Assembly (NCBI GenBank): GCA_004431415.1
Contig: QPMI01000622.1
Span: forward strand, 75,417 to 139,416
Direction: 5' to 3'
Length of the DNA stretch: 64,000 nucleotides
DNA from: Cyanophora paradoxa CCMP329
Taxonomy: Eukaryota > Plantae > Glaucophyta
Shown: one piece after another, positions 1-13,200 of the stretch
Layout: every line of letters starts with the position of its first letter
Position numbering within the stretch: position 1 is the first letter of the stretch
Program-made: the position numbers and the translations under genes
The notes under the pieces: model-generated
The model's input: only the letters and a program-made list of their open reading frames with translations
What the model was told of the DNA's origin: nothing
Databases searched by the model: none

Positions 1-1785
1 CGCCCCCGCGAGCAGGCCATGGCGCGCCGCCCCCGCCCCGCCCCGCCCCTGCCCCGCTCCGGCGCGAGAGCTGAGGGTGCGGGGCAGCGGGTGGCGGAGC
101 TGGTGTCGCACGTGCTGGACCCCGCCAACCCCCTCTCCTTCGACGAGGCGGAGGAGGCGGAGGCCGCCGAGGCCGCGGAGGCGGGGGCGGGGCCGCGGGG
201 CCGGCCTCGCAGGCGGGGCCGGCCTCGCCGGCCGCCATCGGGGCCGGCGAGGAGGAGGACGGCCTCAGGGCCTACGACCTCGCCGAGCCGCCCACGCGCG
301 CCGAGCGCCGCCGCGCGCCCCAGTGCGCTCCCCTCCGCCCCGGCCCCGCGCCCCGCCCCCGCCCCGGCGAGTGGCGGCAGGTACGTGGGGGACCTGCTGC
401 GCGGGCTGCAGGCGACCCGCCCCGAGGAGTGGGACGCCCTCGAGGCCGCCCTGCTCGCCGCCGAGGGCCTCCTGCGCGCCCCCGCGCCCCCGCCTCGCCT
501 CCCCGAGACCGCCCCCGCCCTCGCCCGCGCCCTCATCCACGCCCCGACATCGACAGGCGCCCCGCCCCCGCCTGCCACCCGCCGCCGGCGCGTGCTCTCT
601 GAGGGGCGGGGCGGGCAGGCCGGGCTGCGCGGCGGCGCGCCTGCGCTTCCTGGTGGCCCTCGTGGCGCGCTGCCCCGAGGAGGCCGTCCCGTGCGCGGCC
701 CCGCACCCTCGCCCCTCCGTCGACGACGGGCGGGGGCGGCGCGGGCGCAGGGAGCTCGCCTCGCTCTTCTACTCGGAGGCCGTCACGACGGGCGCCCGCC
801 TCGAGATCCTCGACTGCCTCGCCGCCGCCGCCGAGGAGCTCGCCGCCGCCCCCGCCCTTCCCTCCGCCCCGCCCCGGCCCCCTCCGCCTCCGCCGCCGCC
901 CTGCCGGCTGGGGCGGGGCCTCCCCTGCGGAGCTCGTCGCACAGCGCCTCGAGGCCAAGACCCGCCGGTCCCGCCCGCCCCGCCCCGCCCCGAGCCCCTC
1001 CGCCGCCGCCGCCCCGCTCGAGCCGGCCCTCCGCGCAGCTTCGGGCGGGGCCCCACGCGCCCGGCCCCCTCCCCGCACCGCAACAGGCCCGCCCCGTCGC
1101 CCCGCCGCCGCCGCCTGCCTCGCGACCCTCCCACAGGTTCTCGCCGCTGCTGCCCCTCTTCTTCTACTCCATCCTCTCCGACTACGACCGCGCCCGGTGC
1201 GCTCGCTCCCCTCCGACGCCCCCCACGCGCCCCTTGGGCGAGGCTGGCTGCGGTGCAGGGCGCACGTGCGGCTGCTGGGGGAGGACCACGTGCTCCTCGC
1301 CCGCCTCCTCCACGCCCTCGGCACCTTCCTCGAGCTCGCCGCGCCCTCCTGCCCCCTCCAGGCGCCCCGCCCCCCGCCCCCCGCCCCGCCCCGCCCCCGC
1401 CTCCCCGTGACGGGCGTGCAGGACGGGGCGGGGGCGGGGGCGGCGGTGCTGCAGCTGGCGTGGGCGCTGCGGCTGCACGGGGAGGCCCCCGTGCGGCGCT
1501 CCCTGCTCTACGCCGCGGCCGCCGCCCTCGCGCTGCCCCCGCCGCCCTCCTCCCCGCCCGCGCCCCGAGCTCGCCGCTCTTCGGGTGCCCCGCCGCGCCC
1601 CCACCCCCGCCCCGCCCCTCCTCCCCGCCCTGAGCGCCCGCGCCCCGCAGGAGTGGCTGGTGGAGGCGGCGGAGGGGGACCCCGACCCCCTCGCCCGCGC
1701 CCTCGCCGCCGCCGCCCTCCGCGCCATGCTCCACCTCCTCGAGGCGGGGGGGTACGCCCCCAGCGACCCCCGCGCCCTCCCCTAG
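1..1785 (+). CDS. TEL2: Telomere length regulation protein TEL2/TELO2 homolog, 3' part, multi-exon, 5'-truncated by the window
   Basis: Spliced pieces RVAELVSHVLDPANPLSFDE, RYVGDLLRGL, LEILDCLAAAAEELA, KTRRF..NRFSPLLPLFFY, LLGEDHVLLARLLHALG, LRLHGEAPVRRSLLYA and EWLVEAAEGDPD match the TEL2 C-terminal pattern; stop TAG at 1783-1785. Confidence 0.85.
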
Positions 1786-2242
1786 CCCCCGCGGCCGCGT
1801 GCGCACGCCGCGCTGCAGCTGCCCCCGCCTGCGCATGTTCGTGTGCTTGCTCTTGGTGCCAATTATCAATTCGAATCCGATTGCGAAAGGCAACTTGCAA
1901 ACTGTTACACGGTGCGAATTTGCAGGAAGAAAGGACCGGTTTGACTACGAGGCTATATAACCACATACTGTATCTGAATCCGCTTTCAAGAAACTCACTG
2001 TCGTTAAAAACGTATTGCTCGTCAAGGAAGACTGCTTTCAAGAAACTTAACTGTGAAATTAGGCATGAACTGTAATACTGCAGGATGGAAAGAACTCAAG
2101 CATAGGATACAAACACGTGCACTGCATCTGCATCGACATCACGCGATGGCAGAATGGCATACGCGCCCTGCCGGCCGCAGGGCGCCACCGCAGACAAAGG
2201 AAGAGGGAGAGGAGAGGAGGGCGGGGCGGGGGCGGCGGCGGC

Positions 2243-3833
2243 TCAGGCGTCGTCGAGGGCGGAGAGGTCGAGGTCGAGGTCCGGGCCGCCGTCCGCCCCC
2301 TCCACCCCGAACCCGACCCCGTCCATCGCGTCCATCCCCATGTCCCCGACTACGACGCCCCGCTGCTGCCCGGCAGTGCCGGCCGTCGCCGCCTCCTTGC
2401 TCTGCTGCGCCCGCACCTCCCGCGCGTACGCCGCCGTAGAGAGCCCCGCGTTCAGCACCCCTGCCGCCCCCTCGCGTCGGGACCCGCAGGGGCGGGCGGG
2501 GCGGGGCGGGGGGCGGGGGCGGACCGGCCCAGAGGGCGCCGTTGAGGGCGGCGTGCTGCACGGCGGCGAGGCTCGCCGCCGGCTCGGCCGCCGCCACCGC
2601 CCCCGCCACGATCCCCGAGCCCAGCGCCGCCCCAGCACCTGCCGCCCCGTCAGCGGGGCGCGAGGGCGGGGCGGCGGGGCGGGCGGACGGGCCTTGAAGG
2701 CGTAGCGGGCGGCGACCTCGCGGCCGGCGAGGGCGGCCTGCAGGCGCGAGTCCCGCCCCGCGTGCACCGCCGCCGTCGCCGCCATCGCCGGCGCCCTGCC
2801 GCCGCGTGGGCCCGGGCGGGGGCGCTGGGGCGGCGCTGGGGCGGACATGTGGAGGAGGACGTGGAGGCCCGCGATGCCGCCGGCCAGCGACCCCGAGCCT
2901 GCCGCCCCCTCGCACGCGCCCCGCTGCCGCGCGGCGCGGGGCGGGGGGCGGGGCGGACGAAGGCGAGGCCGGTGGCGCGGAGGACGGGCTGCCCCAGCAG
3001 CGTGCTCGTCGCCAGCGCCCGCACCGCGAACGACTGCCCCGCGCGCCCCGTCAGGCGGCCCCGGGCGGGGCTGCGCGCGGGCGGCCGTGCCTGGGCGGTG
3101 ATGAGGACGGGCCCCGCGCGGCCGAAGCGCGCCGTCGTGAAGGCCCGCACGGCGAGCAGCGTCGAGCCGCCCGCCGCCACCCCCGCCAGCGCCCCCGCAA
3201 CCTGGCCCCGCCCCGCCCGCCTCAGGCCTGCCGCCGGCCGCCGGCCGCCGGCGCGGGGCGGACCATGCGGCGCTGGTAGGCGGCCCAGTCGGAGGCGCGG
3301 CTCCCGTCCTTCGGGCGGACCGCCGCGACGGCGTGGTCTGTGGGCGGCGTCGGCGGGGGGCGCGGGCGGCTCCCGCGTGTCGGGGCGCGCGCACTGAGCC
3401 CCGCCACTCCGGAGGCGATGACGGCGCCGCCCAGCACGGGCCCCGAGACGCGCCCGAGCGTGACTGCCCCGCACGCAACTCAGGCCCCCGCCGCTGCGGC
3501 GGGAGCAGGCGCGCTTACCTGCGGCTCCTACTCCAGCCACGATGAGACCTGCGTAGACGGCTTAGCGCCGGCCGAGCGCGGCGGGAGCGGTGACGTGGAC
3601 GTACTTCCTGCGATTAGCTTCTGGGCTTCGCGGTCGCGGCCGACGGGGACCAAATCGATGAGCGCGAGCCTCCACTGGGCCAACGCGCGCTCGGCGGTCT
3701 CGATGGTATTCCGGCGCAGGGCCTGGACCAGTTCCTCCAAGGTCGGGAGGTCGAGGTTGAGCGGCAGAGTGCGAGGCGCCTGAAGCTGTGCGCTCTCCGG
3801 ATCCCCGCTGTCCGCGTTGGCCTTTACCGCCAT
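2243..3833 (-). CDS. Hypothetical multi-exon membrane protein (Gly/Ala-rich hydrophobic segments)
   Basis: Exon-like segments VAGALAGVAAGGSTLLAV, GSLAGGIAGLHVLLH and VLGAALGSGIVAGAVAAA, an acidic C-terminus ending at TGA 2243, and typical host introns between them. Start uncertain. Confidence 0.5.
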
Positions 3834-4243
3834 GCCTTCCAGAGTGCTCGCGCGCGCCTCCCGCGCTTTTTGAGATGGACAAGCTTTCAACGGCAACTTC
3901 GAAGGGTCAACGCCGTTGGGAGAAGGGAGAAGCGGCAGGCTACCCGAGCTAGGCTCACAGCTGGAGCGAGAAAGCGCACGCGTGCGGTACACGCTTAATT
4001 ATAAGCTTGCAGCTGGCAGCTGCTCGAGACAGTCATTTCATCCAATTTCGGGAATTCCGGTCCGGCGTACAGCATTCAGCACCCGTTGTAGCCAGTAGCG
4101 GCCGCGGGACCCGGCAACCGCAATGGCGCTCAATTCTAGGACGCCACTCAGGGCTGTCTTTGAGCCAGCCGCCGCAGAAGGGGTGAGCGGCGCGGGGCGG
4201 CGCGGGGCGGACCGACGCGGCAACAGTTATCGATATCGATGTT

Positions 4244-5137
4244 GCGATTACGATGCTTGCGATTACGACCGGTGCTTGCGATTTCAAGTTTCAGCTACGA
4301 TGCTTGCGATTACGATTTCAGCTACGATATCGACGTTGCGCACAGCGGTACGCGTTTGTATGGGCCCATAGACTTGGAAGAATTAACGCTTGGTGGTTAG
4401 AATTAAAAGCGGTAAGTTTGTTACGTCTACACGTAATTGGTAAGCTCGGAACTTGGACTTGACAATTTTGCGTACCCCCCTTAGCTGCCATAGGTTGGAC
4501 TTCGCCGCGGCGCAACGGGCGCAAACCGGGTCCCTGGATCTACAAAAAATAGCGCCCGCCTACAAAACTAAGGTAGATAGATGCTAGATGAGCACAACGG
4601 CGCGCTCGCGGCGCATTTGGCACGTTTGTTTTCAAGTTCCCACGTTGCGACGGTTCCCGGCCGGTCTAGTTTGCAGCTGGCACAACGGTCAAGTTGAAAA
4701 AAAGGCGAGAAAACTTTTGAGTTTCCATTAGCTATTAAGTTAATACTGGCTATACGTGATCACCAAGATATGGTAAATCTAAGTTCCGCGATCGCCAAGA
4801 ATTAACCTTCCATGTCTATGGCGCCATACAAACGCGTATCGCTGTGGCGATTACGATGCTTGCGATTACGACCGGTGCTTGCGATTTCAAGTTTCAGCTA
4901 CGATGCTTGCGATTACGATTTCAGCTACGATATCGACGTTGCGATTACGAGGTTGCGATTACGAGTGGGGTACCGGTGCTAGCGGTCGATGTTGCGATTA
5001 CGATGCTTGCGATTACGACCGGTGCTTGCGATTTCAAGTTTCAGCTACGATGCTTGCGATTACGATTTCAGCTACGATATCGACGTTGCGATTACGAGGT
5101 TGCGATTACGAGTGGGGTACCGGTGCTAGCGGTCGAC
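4244..5137 (+). repeat. Tandem array built from GCGATTACGA motifs: 147-bp higher-order unit at 4847-4993 and 4994-5137, plus a partial unit at 4244-4340, interrupted by a MITE
   Basis: Near-identical units are directly visible. Confidence 0.9.
4341..4846. mobile_element. Non-autonomous CACTA/CMC-like TIR element (MITE, 506 bp)
   Basis: Imperfect TIRs of ~40-50 bp starting CACAGCG.TACGCGTTTGTATGG and ending CCATACAAACGCGTATCGCTGTG; 3-bp TSD GCG at 4338-4340 and 4847-4849; AT-rich non-coding interior. Confidence 0.8.
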
Positions 5138-5404
5138 ATCGCGCAGCGCTCGAACCGCCGCGACCGAGGCTGGTCGCTAGCTGCGGCGTGCGCGGCACCA
5201 TACGGAGCTACTGCGTGGCCCCGGCTGCTATAGCTGCAGGGACTGTGGCGTGCGGTTGCAGCTGGGCCCCGGGCGCATCCGGCGACGGCGGAGCGGCCTG
5301 CGCGCCGGTGGCCGTGTGCGCGCCGCCAGCCTCGCTCCCGCGGTCGGCCGCTGACCTGCGCGCCGGCGGGAGGCTCAGCGAGGCGCCTCGGTTGCTCTCT
5401 GGCG

Positions 5405-7965
5405 TTGTACCGTGGTGCACGGGGCGGCGCACCCTCGAGAGGCTTCGAGCTCCCGCTGGGCGCGCTCGTGGGCCTCGCGGACGCTCCTGTCTTTGCCGTC
5501 CAGGTAGACCTCCCGGGCGGCACTCTCGTGCTGTGCGAGGTGCCGCAGGGCGTCCTCGGCGGTCGTGCCCCCGAAGGCCGCGCCGCAGCGCGCGCATATG
5601 GCGAGGTGCGCGCCGCTGCGATCTCCTACCCCGTCGCTGGTTGCCCCGGGCTCGCTCATTTTTCGACGCTGCTCCAGCGTGAGAGGCGGCGAGAAGTCGG
5701 GAGCGGCGGAGCGCCGGCCGCGGGGTACGTCGCTTCCGCGAAACTCGACCGTCGCCCCGATGGATCGCGGCAGGAACTCGATCGTCGTCCTTGAGCGAGC
5801 TACCTTTCCGATCGAAGGCATTCGACGGGCGCCGCTGGTTCTCGTGCGCGCTGGTGTGCGCGCTGGCCTGGCTTCGATTCGGCGGTTACTCCGGGCGAGG
5901 TGAGCCCGGGGCGATCCGCGGGCCTAGCGCCGCTCTCCGTGGTCTCCTGATTGGGAATTCACTGACGCGGGGCCTCGCGCCCCGCGCAGCCGAGTCTCGG
6001 GGTCTGAATGAAGCCGATCCGCGGAGGCACGCGTACGGAGAAGCAGGAGGCGTCGAAGGGCGCGCCCGGGAGGCAGAGGCGCGGCGGCCGGGGGCGGAGG
6101 AAAGCAAGGGACGCCGCCGCGAAAGCCACCGAGGCCGCCGGCCCGAGCGCCGCGCGGTCCGGCGACGCTGGCGGCGGCGCCGCGGGCAGCGCCCCTCGCG
6201 GGGTGGAGGCCTGGGCCACGGCCGTAGAGACGCGGTGCGTCGCGCTTTGCCGGGCCACCGGCCGCCTCCTGTTCACACCCCAGAGAGCGCAGAGACTGCT
6301 TCGTGGTCCTCCGCAAGGCGGCCGGCGAGCGAACCGTCGATTGCGAGAGGCGCGTGCGGCGTTCGCTCGGAAAGAAGGCGCGTGCGCCTCGTCTCTGCGC
6401 CGCCGCCCCTTCCGAGCCCCTATTCGCAGCGCCCTGACCCCGCGCGCAGACGGGGGTGGCCAGCCCGCTCGACGAGGGCGTCGGGGGCGTGGTCGTGGTC
6501 GCCGTGGGGCGGGCTACGGCGCTGCTGCCGTGCGCGCTCCGCCGCCCGTCCGCCCGGCGCCACGGCGCGTGATCCCCCCTCCGCAGCGTCCTCAGCCCCG
6601 CCCAGACGTACCGCGTCGTCGTGCGGTCCGGCGGCGGCTCGTCTCTTCCCGCGACGGAGGGGCCGGGGCGCGGCCTGAGCCGCGGGTGCGCGGGAGCGGG
6701 CGCCTCGTCCACGACGGACGCCTTCGAGGCCGCTCTGAAGCGGCGGCTCAAGGATGCCGCTCTGGAGCGGCGGGCTCGAGGGGGTAGAGGCGCCGGCGGG
6801 GCGGGGGCGGAGGGGCCGGGGGGGGCCGAGCCGGAGGGGGCGGTGGCGATGGGTGCGGAGGGGGAGGAGGAGGAGGTCCTCGTCGTCACGGGTACGGAGG
6901 GGGGGGAGGAGGAGGGGGGGGAGGGTGCCTTCGTCGTCACCGTGGCCTGCCCGTGTCACGAGTTCGTCAGCTCCCTCGTGCGCGTACCCTGCCCCCGTCC
7001 CCCCGCCGCTCCCCGGGGCGCGATCCGTGCTGCGCAGAGTTCCGCCCTGCGTGATCTGGAGTGGGGGCTGGCGTCCCTGCTGCGCGTGAAATCGCACGGC
7101 TTCGGCCTGTCGGAGGCGGGGGCGTGGGGGGCCGAAGGGGCGGGGCCCATCGCCTGGCCGCCCGAGGCGGGCCTCCGCCACCTCCGGCGGGTGATCCTCG
7201 ACTCGCGCGCCGACGCGAACGTGCTGGACAGGGGCGCTGCCCTGGTCGTCCGGCACGAGGCCGTCAGGCCCGCCCCGGGGCCGGCGCTCCCGTCGTTCCG
7301 GCGGGCGGCGGCGGGGGGGTCGACCCTGGAGCTGGCGCGGATCGCCGCCAGCGCCAGGCTCCACGGGTACGGGCTGGTGCCTCTGCGGGGGGCGGCGGAC
7401 GAGCTCGTGGTGGTGGCGAGGAGGGCGCCGGCGGCGGCGGGCGGGGCGGGGGCCGCCGAGGAGCTGCTGGGCGTGGGCAGGATGGCCGGCGGGCCCCCCC
7501 GAACCGTCACCCTCGCTTGCAGGTGGTGCGTGGGCGGGGGCGCCCCCTCTCGCTTCTCCCGCCCCTCCGCCCCCTCTCTGACGGCCCCGGCGTGCAGGCG
7601 TCGGCCACCTCGTGCGCCCCGGGCGCGCCCCGGGTGGGCGCCCGCGCACGTCGAGCTCGAGTCCAGGGCGAGGGGCGCCCCGGGCCCCGAGGGGTTCGCC
7701 GTCGTCCCCGCCCCCGAGGGGCACGACTGCCTGTTCGACGCGCTCGCGCTGTGGGAGGCCCGGCAGGGCGCTGGACCCGGTGGGGGCCAGCCGCAGCCGC
7801 CCGCCGAGGGCGACGGGGGCCAGCCGCCCCCGGAGCAGAGCGAGGAGGTCTCTCAGGCCTCTCAGCTGCGCGCGCGCGTGGCGAAGTTCGTGGCGAGCGC
7901 GGAGGGCATCGAGCTGCTCCAGAAGCACAGGGTTTGCCCCCCCCCCCCCCCCCCTACCCGTTGCT

Positions 7966-7997
<32 letters not shown>

Positions 7998-8777
7998 TTG
8001 GCCTCCCGCTTGCCCTCCCGCGTTCGCCCCTCCGGTCCGCCCCGCCTCTCACGCTTTCCCCCGCGTGGGGGTCGCAGATGCTGACGGCCGACCTGCGCGT
8101 CTACATGGGGCCGGGCGAGAAGATGCTTCCGGTGGGGGGGTACGCCACCCGCCTGGGGTCCGCTGATCCTGTGCGGGGCCCGGGGTTGATCATGGGAGGT
8201 GCGGCTCTCCCCTCTATCTCGGTGCAGGTCGCTCCCCTCGGGTTTGACCGCGCTGCAGGTCGGATCGTCCTCCTCGCCCTTTCGGAGATCTTCAAGGCGC
8301 CGCTGGTCGTGCACTTTGTGCGGCGCGGCGGCGGCTGGGACTCCCACGTCGTCGACGCGAAGGACCCTCCGCCGGCCCCCGAGGAGGGGGAGGAGGGGGA
8401 GGAGAAGGCGAAGATGGAGAAGAAGAAGGGGAAGAAGGCGGGGGGGAAGAAGGCGCGCCCCCCACGCACGTTCCGTGGCCGCGCCCGCGCCGCCGTGATC
8501 GCTCCCTCCGCAGGCCGCCGGGCCGAGGGGGCGTGGCGCCCTTCCAGCCCTCTCCGGATCCGGGCCGGGCCTCGCCGATGCATCCCCGGACCTCGTTACC
8601 GGCGACGCGCCGTCCGCCCCGGGGCCTGAGCCTGCAGGACCCGGGCCCGCCGTCCCCTCGGGGGCGCCCGGCCCCTCCGGCGTCGCGATCAACCTCCGCT
8701 TCCACCCCGGCAGCGTCATCCGGCCCCCCCACTACGACCTCCTCGTGGCGGGCCCCCGCGACGGCGGTGACGCGTAG
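5405..8777 (+). CDS. Large multi-exon protein with a C-terminal OTU-like cysteine protease (deubiquitinase) domain; 5' end uncertain
   Basis: FAVVPAPEGHDCLFDALA at ~7696-7750 (OTU Cys box), QLRARVAKFV helix, IVLLALSEIFKAPLVVHF and INLRFHPGSVIRPPHYDLLV (His box); stop TAG at 8775-8777. Confidence 0.65.
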
Positions 8778-10258
8778 CGGGCCCCGCTGCACATGCACGT
8801 CTGTCTGCAGTGCATTTCGAATTAAATCGTCTGCGCATGCAGCTGTACTTATACGTGCGTGTGTGACGAGTTAATCATTGAATTATCATTCAGTATGAGT
8901 CGGCCGCGGGAGAGAAGTCGAGAGAGATCGATATCGATGCCACATATATGTCGCACGAGCATGCATGTGATGAATTCGGACCTACGTGTATAGCTATATA
9001 TATACTACCGTACTATATATATAATGCCGTCTGCCGGCGTATTAGGTAAAGCTTATAATTATAATCAGCTATACCTGCTAGGCTGAAACTCGAGCTTCGG
9101 AAGTTCGAACAAGCGAGTCCCTGCGGAGCAGGAGTGGCCTTGGGTCTTGGGGCTTCAAGGCGTGAGGGTGGCAGCTCTTTGTTTTTAAATTGGGGCCCGC
9201 AACCGCGCGCGGTTACGGGGGAGGGGGGAGGACAAATAGGGGGTCCACTCGGCAAGGGTACCCACTCAAGTGAGAGGGTACAGAATTGTGCTGCAAGGGT
9301 ACAGATATCAATGCGGGGCCCAATCGGCCGCAGTTGTACCGAGTACAGTCCCCGAGAGGCCCATTGGTCGTTTCAGCCGAATGAAAACGACTTTCGGGCA
9401 AGTTTCGAATTTCGGCGCTTTTTAAAAAAACTTTGGAGGTGGTTAATAATTATCTATGAATCATTCGAATGTAATTCGCAGTAATAAGGCTCTGTCTAAA
9501 TTGTTTATTTTGATAATCTTTAAACTAACGCATCAAGTATATTCAAAACCCACCTCGTGGCACACAACGACTCTGTCTCATACAAATTTGCTGGCCGGCC
9601 ACGTGGCGCTACGTTAATTTGGAAACTATTTCCTAGCGAATGAGGTACGGTCTCTTGAAAATAATAATTTTCAAATTTCGACTTGGAAGGCCAATGTGAT
9701 TTGCGCTTTCTATTTTTTTCCGGGAAAATGCTTTTCTGTGCTTTTCGACGTGCTGTTACTGCCCATTAGAGGCCTCTCATAGGAAAACGGGCCGGACCAT
9801 CGTGCTCCCCAGGGTCTAAAATGGGGTAGTAGGTGTCCTCAAATATACGAATTTCGCTTTCTAAAATTTGTGACAAGATACCAACAGACCTAAGGGCCTC
9901 TCCTTTCCCCAAGGCCGATCTGCAGGCCTAGCGCTAGCTGCAGGCCCAGCTGCAGGCAGGTGCCAGGGGTCTGGGTTGGGGGTACGTCTTCGCCGCCGGT
10001 TCGCTTCGCAGCGGCGCGCCGATCGGGTTTCGAGACTTCGCGCGCAGCGCGGAAACGAAACGTAGGGGCACCTTTCATCGGCGAAAACCGTAGCGGCGCC
10101 GCTCCGATGACGATCGCGGTGGTGCGCGGTGCGCTCGTCCTGGCTCATTCGCCTAGCCTAGCCTTCCTGGCTCGTTCGCCTACCTGGCCGGCCGTCGTCC
10201 TCCGCTCCGCTCCGTCAGCCCGGCGGCTGGGGCGGGCGTTGTCGGGCGCGCCTAGGCC

Positions 10259-13200
10259 ATGTCGGTCTGCCCTTCCGCCTGCGCTGCCGCGCGCGCCCTT
10301 CTCCGCGTTTGACGTCGCGGTTGCAGGGCGGGCGCCCGCCGGACAAGGGCGCCCGATCGCCGGGCTCCGATCCCGATCCTGACGCCGACACATGTGGCGT
10401 GTGCGGGTGAGGGCGCTCGCCTCTTCCCGCGTGGGGGTTGGGTTCGATCCCGGGGTCATGCAGGAATGCGTCCGGTGGCCACTGGATCCAGTGCGAAGGC
10501 GCGTGCAAGGGCTGGTTTCACTGCAGGTGCGTCTCCCTGCGCGTTGACGTTTGCCCGGCCCGGCGCGCGCCCGGTCTCTGACTGTCCTCAAAAAAGGTGC
10601 GTTAGAGTCTCGGCGAGGGGGGCGGAAGCCATCGAGAGCTGGGTGTGCCCGAAGTGCGGCGAGCTTCCAGCCCGAGCGCCCGTGAGTGCCCCCCCGCGCC
10701 CGACCGCCCGCTCCCCCTCGCCCTCCGATCTCACGCGCTTCGTGCGCAGGCTCCCGATGCTGCAGTTGGAGCCGCTCGGGGTGCGCAGGCGAGCTCCTCG
10801 AGCTCCGGCCAGCGGGGGGCGGCGGCGAGCACCTCTGAGGGGGGCAAGCGGCCCCTCTCGCCCGCGGCGCCGGGCCCCTCCGACGTCGACCAGAAAAGGT
10901 CCCGTCGGGGCCGGGCCGAAGGCGGTCGGGGCAAGCGGGGGGGCCCGCATGGCGCCCCCGCCGCCGGCGCCGATGATAAACGGGCTCGGCGGGGCGGCGG
11001 CGGCGGCGGCGGCGGCGGCGGAGGAGGAGGAGGTGGCGGCGGCGGCGGCGGAGCGGCGGCGGCGGAGGTGGCGGCGGCGGGGGGTCGGCGCGAGGGGCGC
11101 CGGCTGCGGCGGTTGCAGCGGGCCGATCCCCGCCAACGGGGACGGCGCCGTGCGCTGTGCGGGGCCGCGCGGGCGCGGACGCTGCGGCGCCGCCCACCAC
11201 GAGTGTTGCCGCGATCTGGCTCCGTTCAAGGGCGTCGTTGAGCTCCAGCAGCCGGGGCGCTGGCGGGCCCAGCTCGCCGTACCTGGAGAATCGCAGCCGG
11301 CGGTCAGCGATGGTCACCTTTCGCCCGTCGCGGCGGCCAAGGCGTACGACCGCATGGTCATCGCCCTGATCGGCCCCGAGCGGGCCAAGGAGGAGGGCCG
11401 CACGAACTTCCCGCCGTCCGTCTACCTCTGCGAGCCGTTCTTCCGGAACCCTTGGAAGCCGCCGTTGGATGCCAGGGTGCGCAGAGGGGCGCGCGCGGGT
11501 CCCCTTTAGGGTCCCGTTCAACCCCCGCCCTCTCCTCGCCCCCAGGCCAGGCTGCAAGAGGTCCTCGATGCCGTCGCTGCGCTGGACGCGGAGCGGGCGC
11601 GGGGAGAGGAGGAGGCGGTGAAGCGGCGGGCCAAGGCGAGGGGCGACAAGGCGAGGCGGGCGGCGGAGAGGGAGGCCAAGGCGGAGGCGCGGGGGGCGGG
11701 GCGGGGCTCCAACGACGGCGCCCCGCATGACAAGTACAGGGGCGTCAGGCGCTACGCGGAGGTCTCCAGGGTCTACTCCTGGAGGGCTGAGCACGAGTTC
11801 ATGGGCCTCACGGTGCTCGCGCCCCCCCTCTCGAGCTCGCATCCTCCCCCGCCGCTGCTGACCTCGGCCCCCCCCCCCCCCCCCGCGCAGCTGCACCTCG
11901 GAACCTTTGGGGCGCCCGTCTCCGCCGCGCGGGCCGTCGATCGCGCGGTCATCGTCCTGCGCGGTGCCGAGGAGGCGAGCTCGAGGGGGCTCACCAACTT
12001 CCCCGTCGCCGGCTACCTCTGCGAGCCCTCCCTGCGGAGGCTCCTCGCCCCAAAGGGGCCCGCCATCGGCTCCCGCCACCCCGACATCGTCGCGGCGCGC
12101 GCCGGCGGGGGCGGGGGCGGCGGTCCTCCGACGGAGGGCGTCGTGGTGCGTCCCCTCCCTCCCTCCCCTTCTCAGGGGTCCCGGCGGGTCGTGATTCCTT
12201 CGTGATTCCTTTCGCAGCGCGCGGTGCAGGCGGCCGTCGGCGCCCTCCTCGCCGCGAGGCGGCCGGGCGGGGGCGAGAGGGGCCGCTGGTACTGCCCCTG
12301 CTGCCGCCTGGACGCCGGCGCTGCGGCCGTCGCCGCATACATGCGGACGAAGTACAGGCTGTGCGCGCCTCTCGCCCCCGCCCCCCCTCCGCCGCGCCCG
12401 CCCGCTCTCCGTCTGACCGACCGCGCGCCTTCCCCCTGCGGCAGGCGTTTCAAGGCGGAGCACGTGCAGCCCCACATCGCGGCGGCCGCGGAGCGCACGG
12501 GCTACTTCTGGGAGCTGCTGCGCGCCGCGAAGCCCGCCCTCGAGTTCTACGCCAGGGGGGGTCTCCGCGTGAAGCAGGCCTCGGAATCCGTGCGCCCCCC
12601 CCCCCCTCCCCCGTACCCCTGTCTCGTCCCTTCACTCCTTCGAACCCCTGACTCCTTCGAACGGGCGCAGCTCTACCGCCCCGTCAAGCCCCCCCCACCC
12701 TCCTCGAGCCCTCCCTCCCCCTCAAGCTCTCCCGGGCCAGACCCCCCCGGCCCCCCCCGGCTGAAGGTCGTGAAATCCGAGGGGTGGGATCCCCTCACGA
12801 GGCGCCGCTTCGGCGACGGCGCGAGGCACGGCGTCAAGATGTACAGGACGGATCCGCTGGCGGGGTGGGAGAGCGTGCGGGGCGCCGTCGAGAGCTGCAG
12901 TGCGCGGACGTACCCCCCCTCCGACTCCGCGACCCCCTCCTCCCCTCCCCAAAGCCTCACCCTGCACCCCCTCCCTCGCCCCAGTTGAAGAGGAGGCGAG
13001 GGCGGAGGCTGCCCGGAGCGCGGAGGAGCGGGAGGAGGAGCGGAGGGCGGCGGAGGCCGCGGGCGTGTCGAAGGCGGAGCTGAAGAGGCGGGAGGCGGCG
13101 AGAGCGAAGGCCGAGGCGGCCGAGGCGGCCGAGGCGGCGAAGCCGCGCCTGGCGACGCTCGTGTACGTCCTCCGGCGCTGCTGCCTCGAGGGCGAGACGA

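Noticed and set aside
4244-5137. CRISPR array or coding ORFs (MAITMLAITT...)
   Set aside because: Tandem duplication with identical inter-repeat sequence; the ORFs are repeat translations.
8800-10100. Transposase or serine recombinase (IS607 TnpA) upstream of the Fanzor
   Set aside because: AT-richer non-coding sequence; no recognisable motifs or terminal repeats found.
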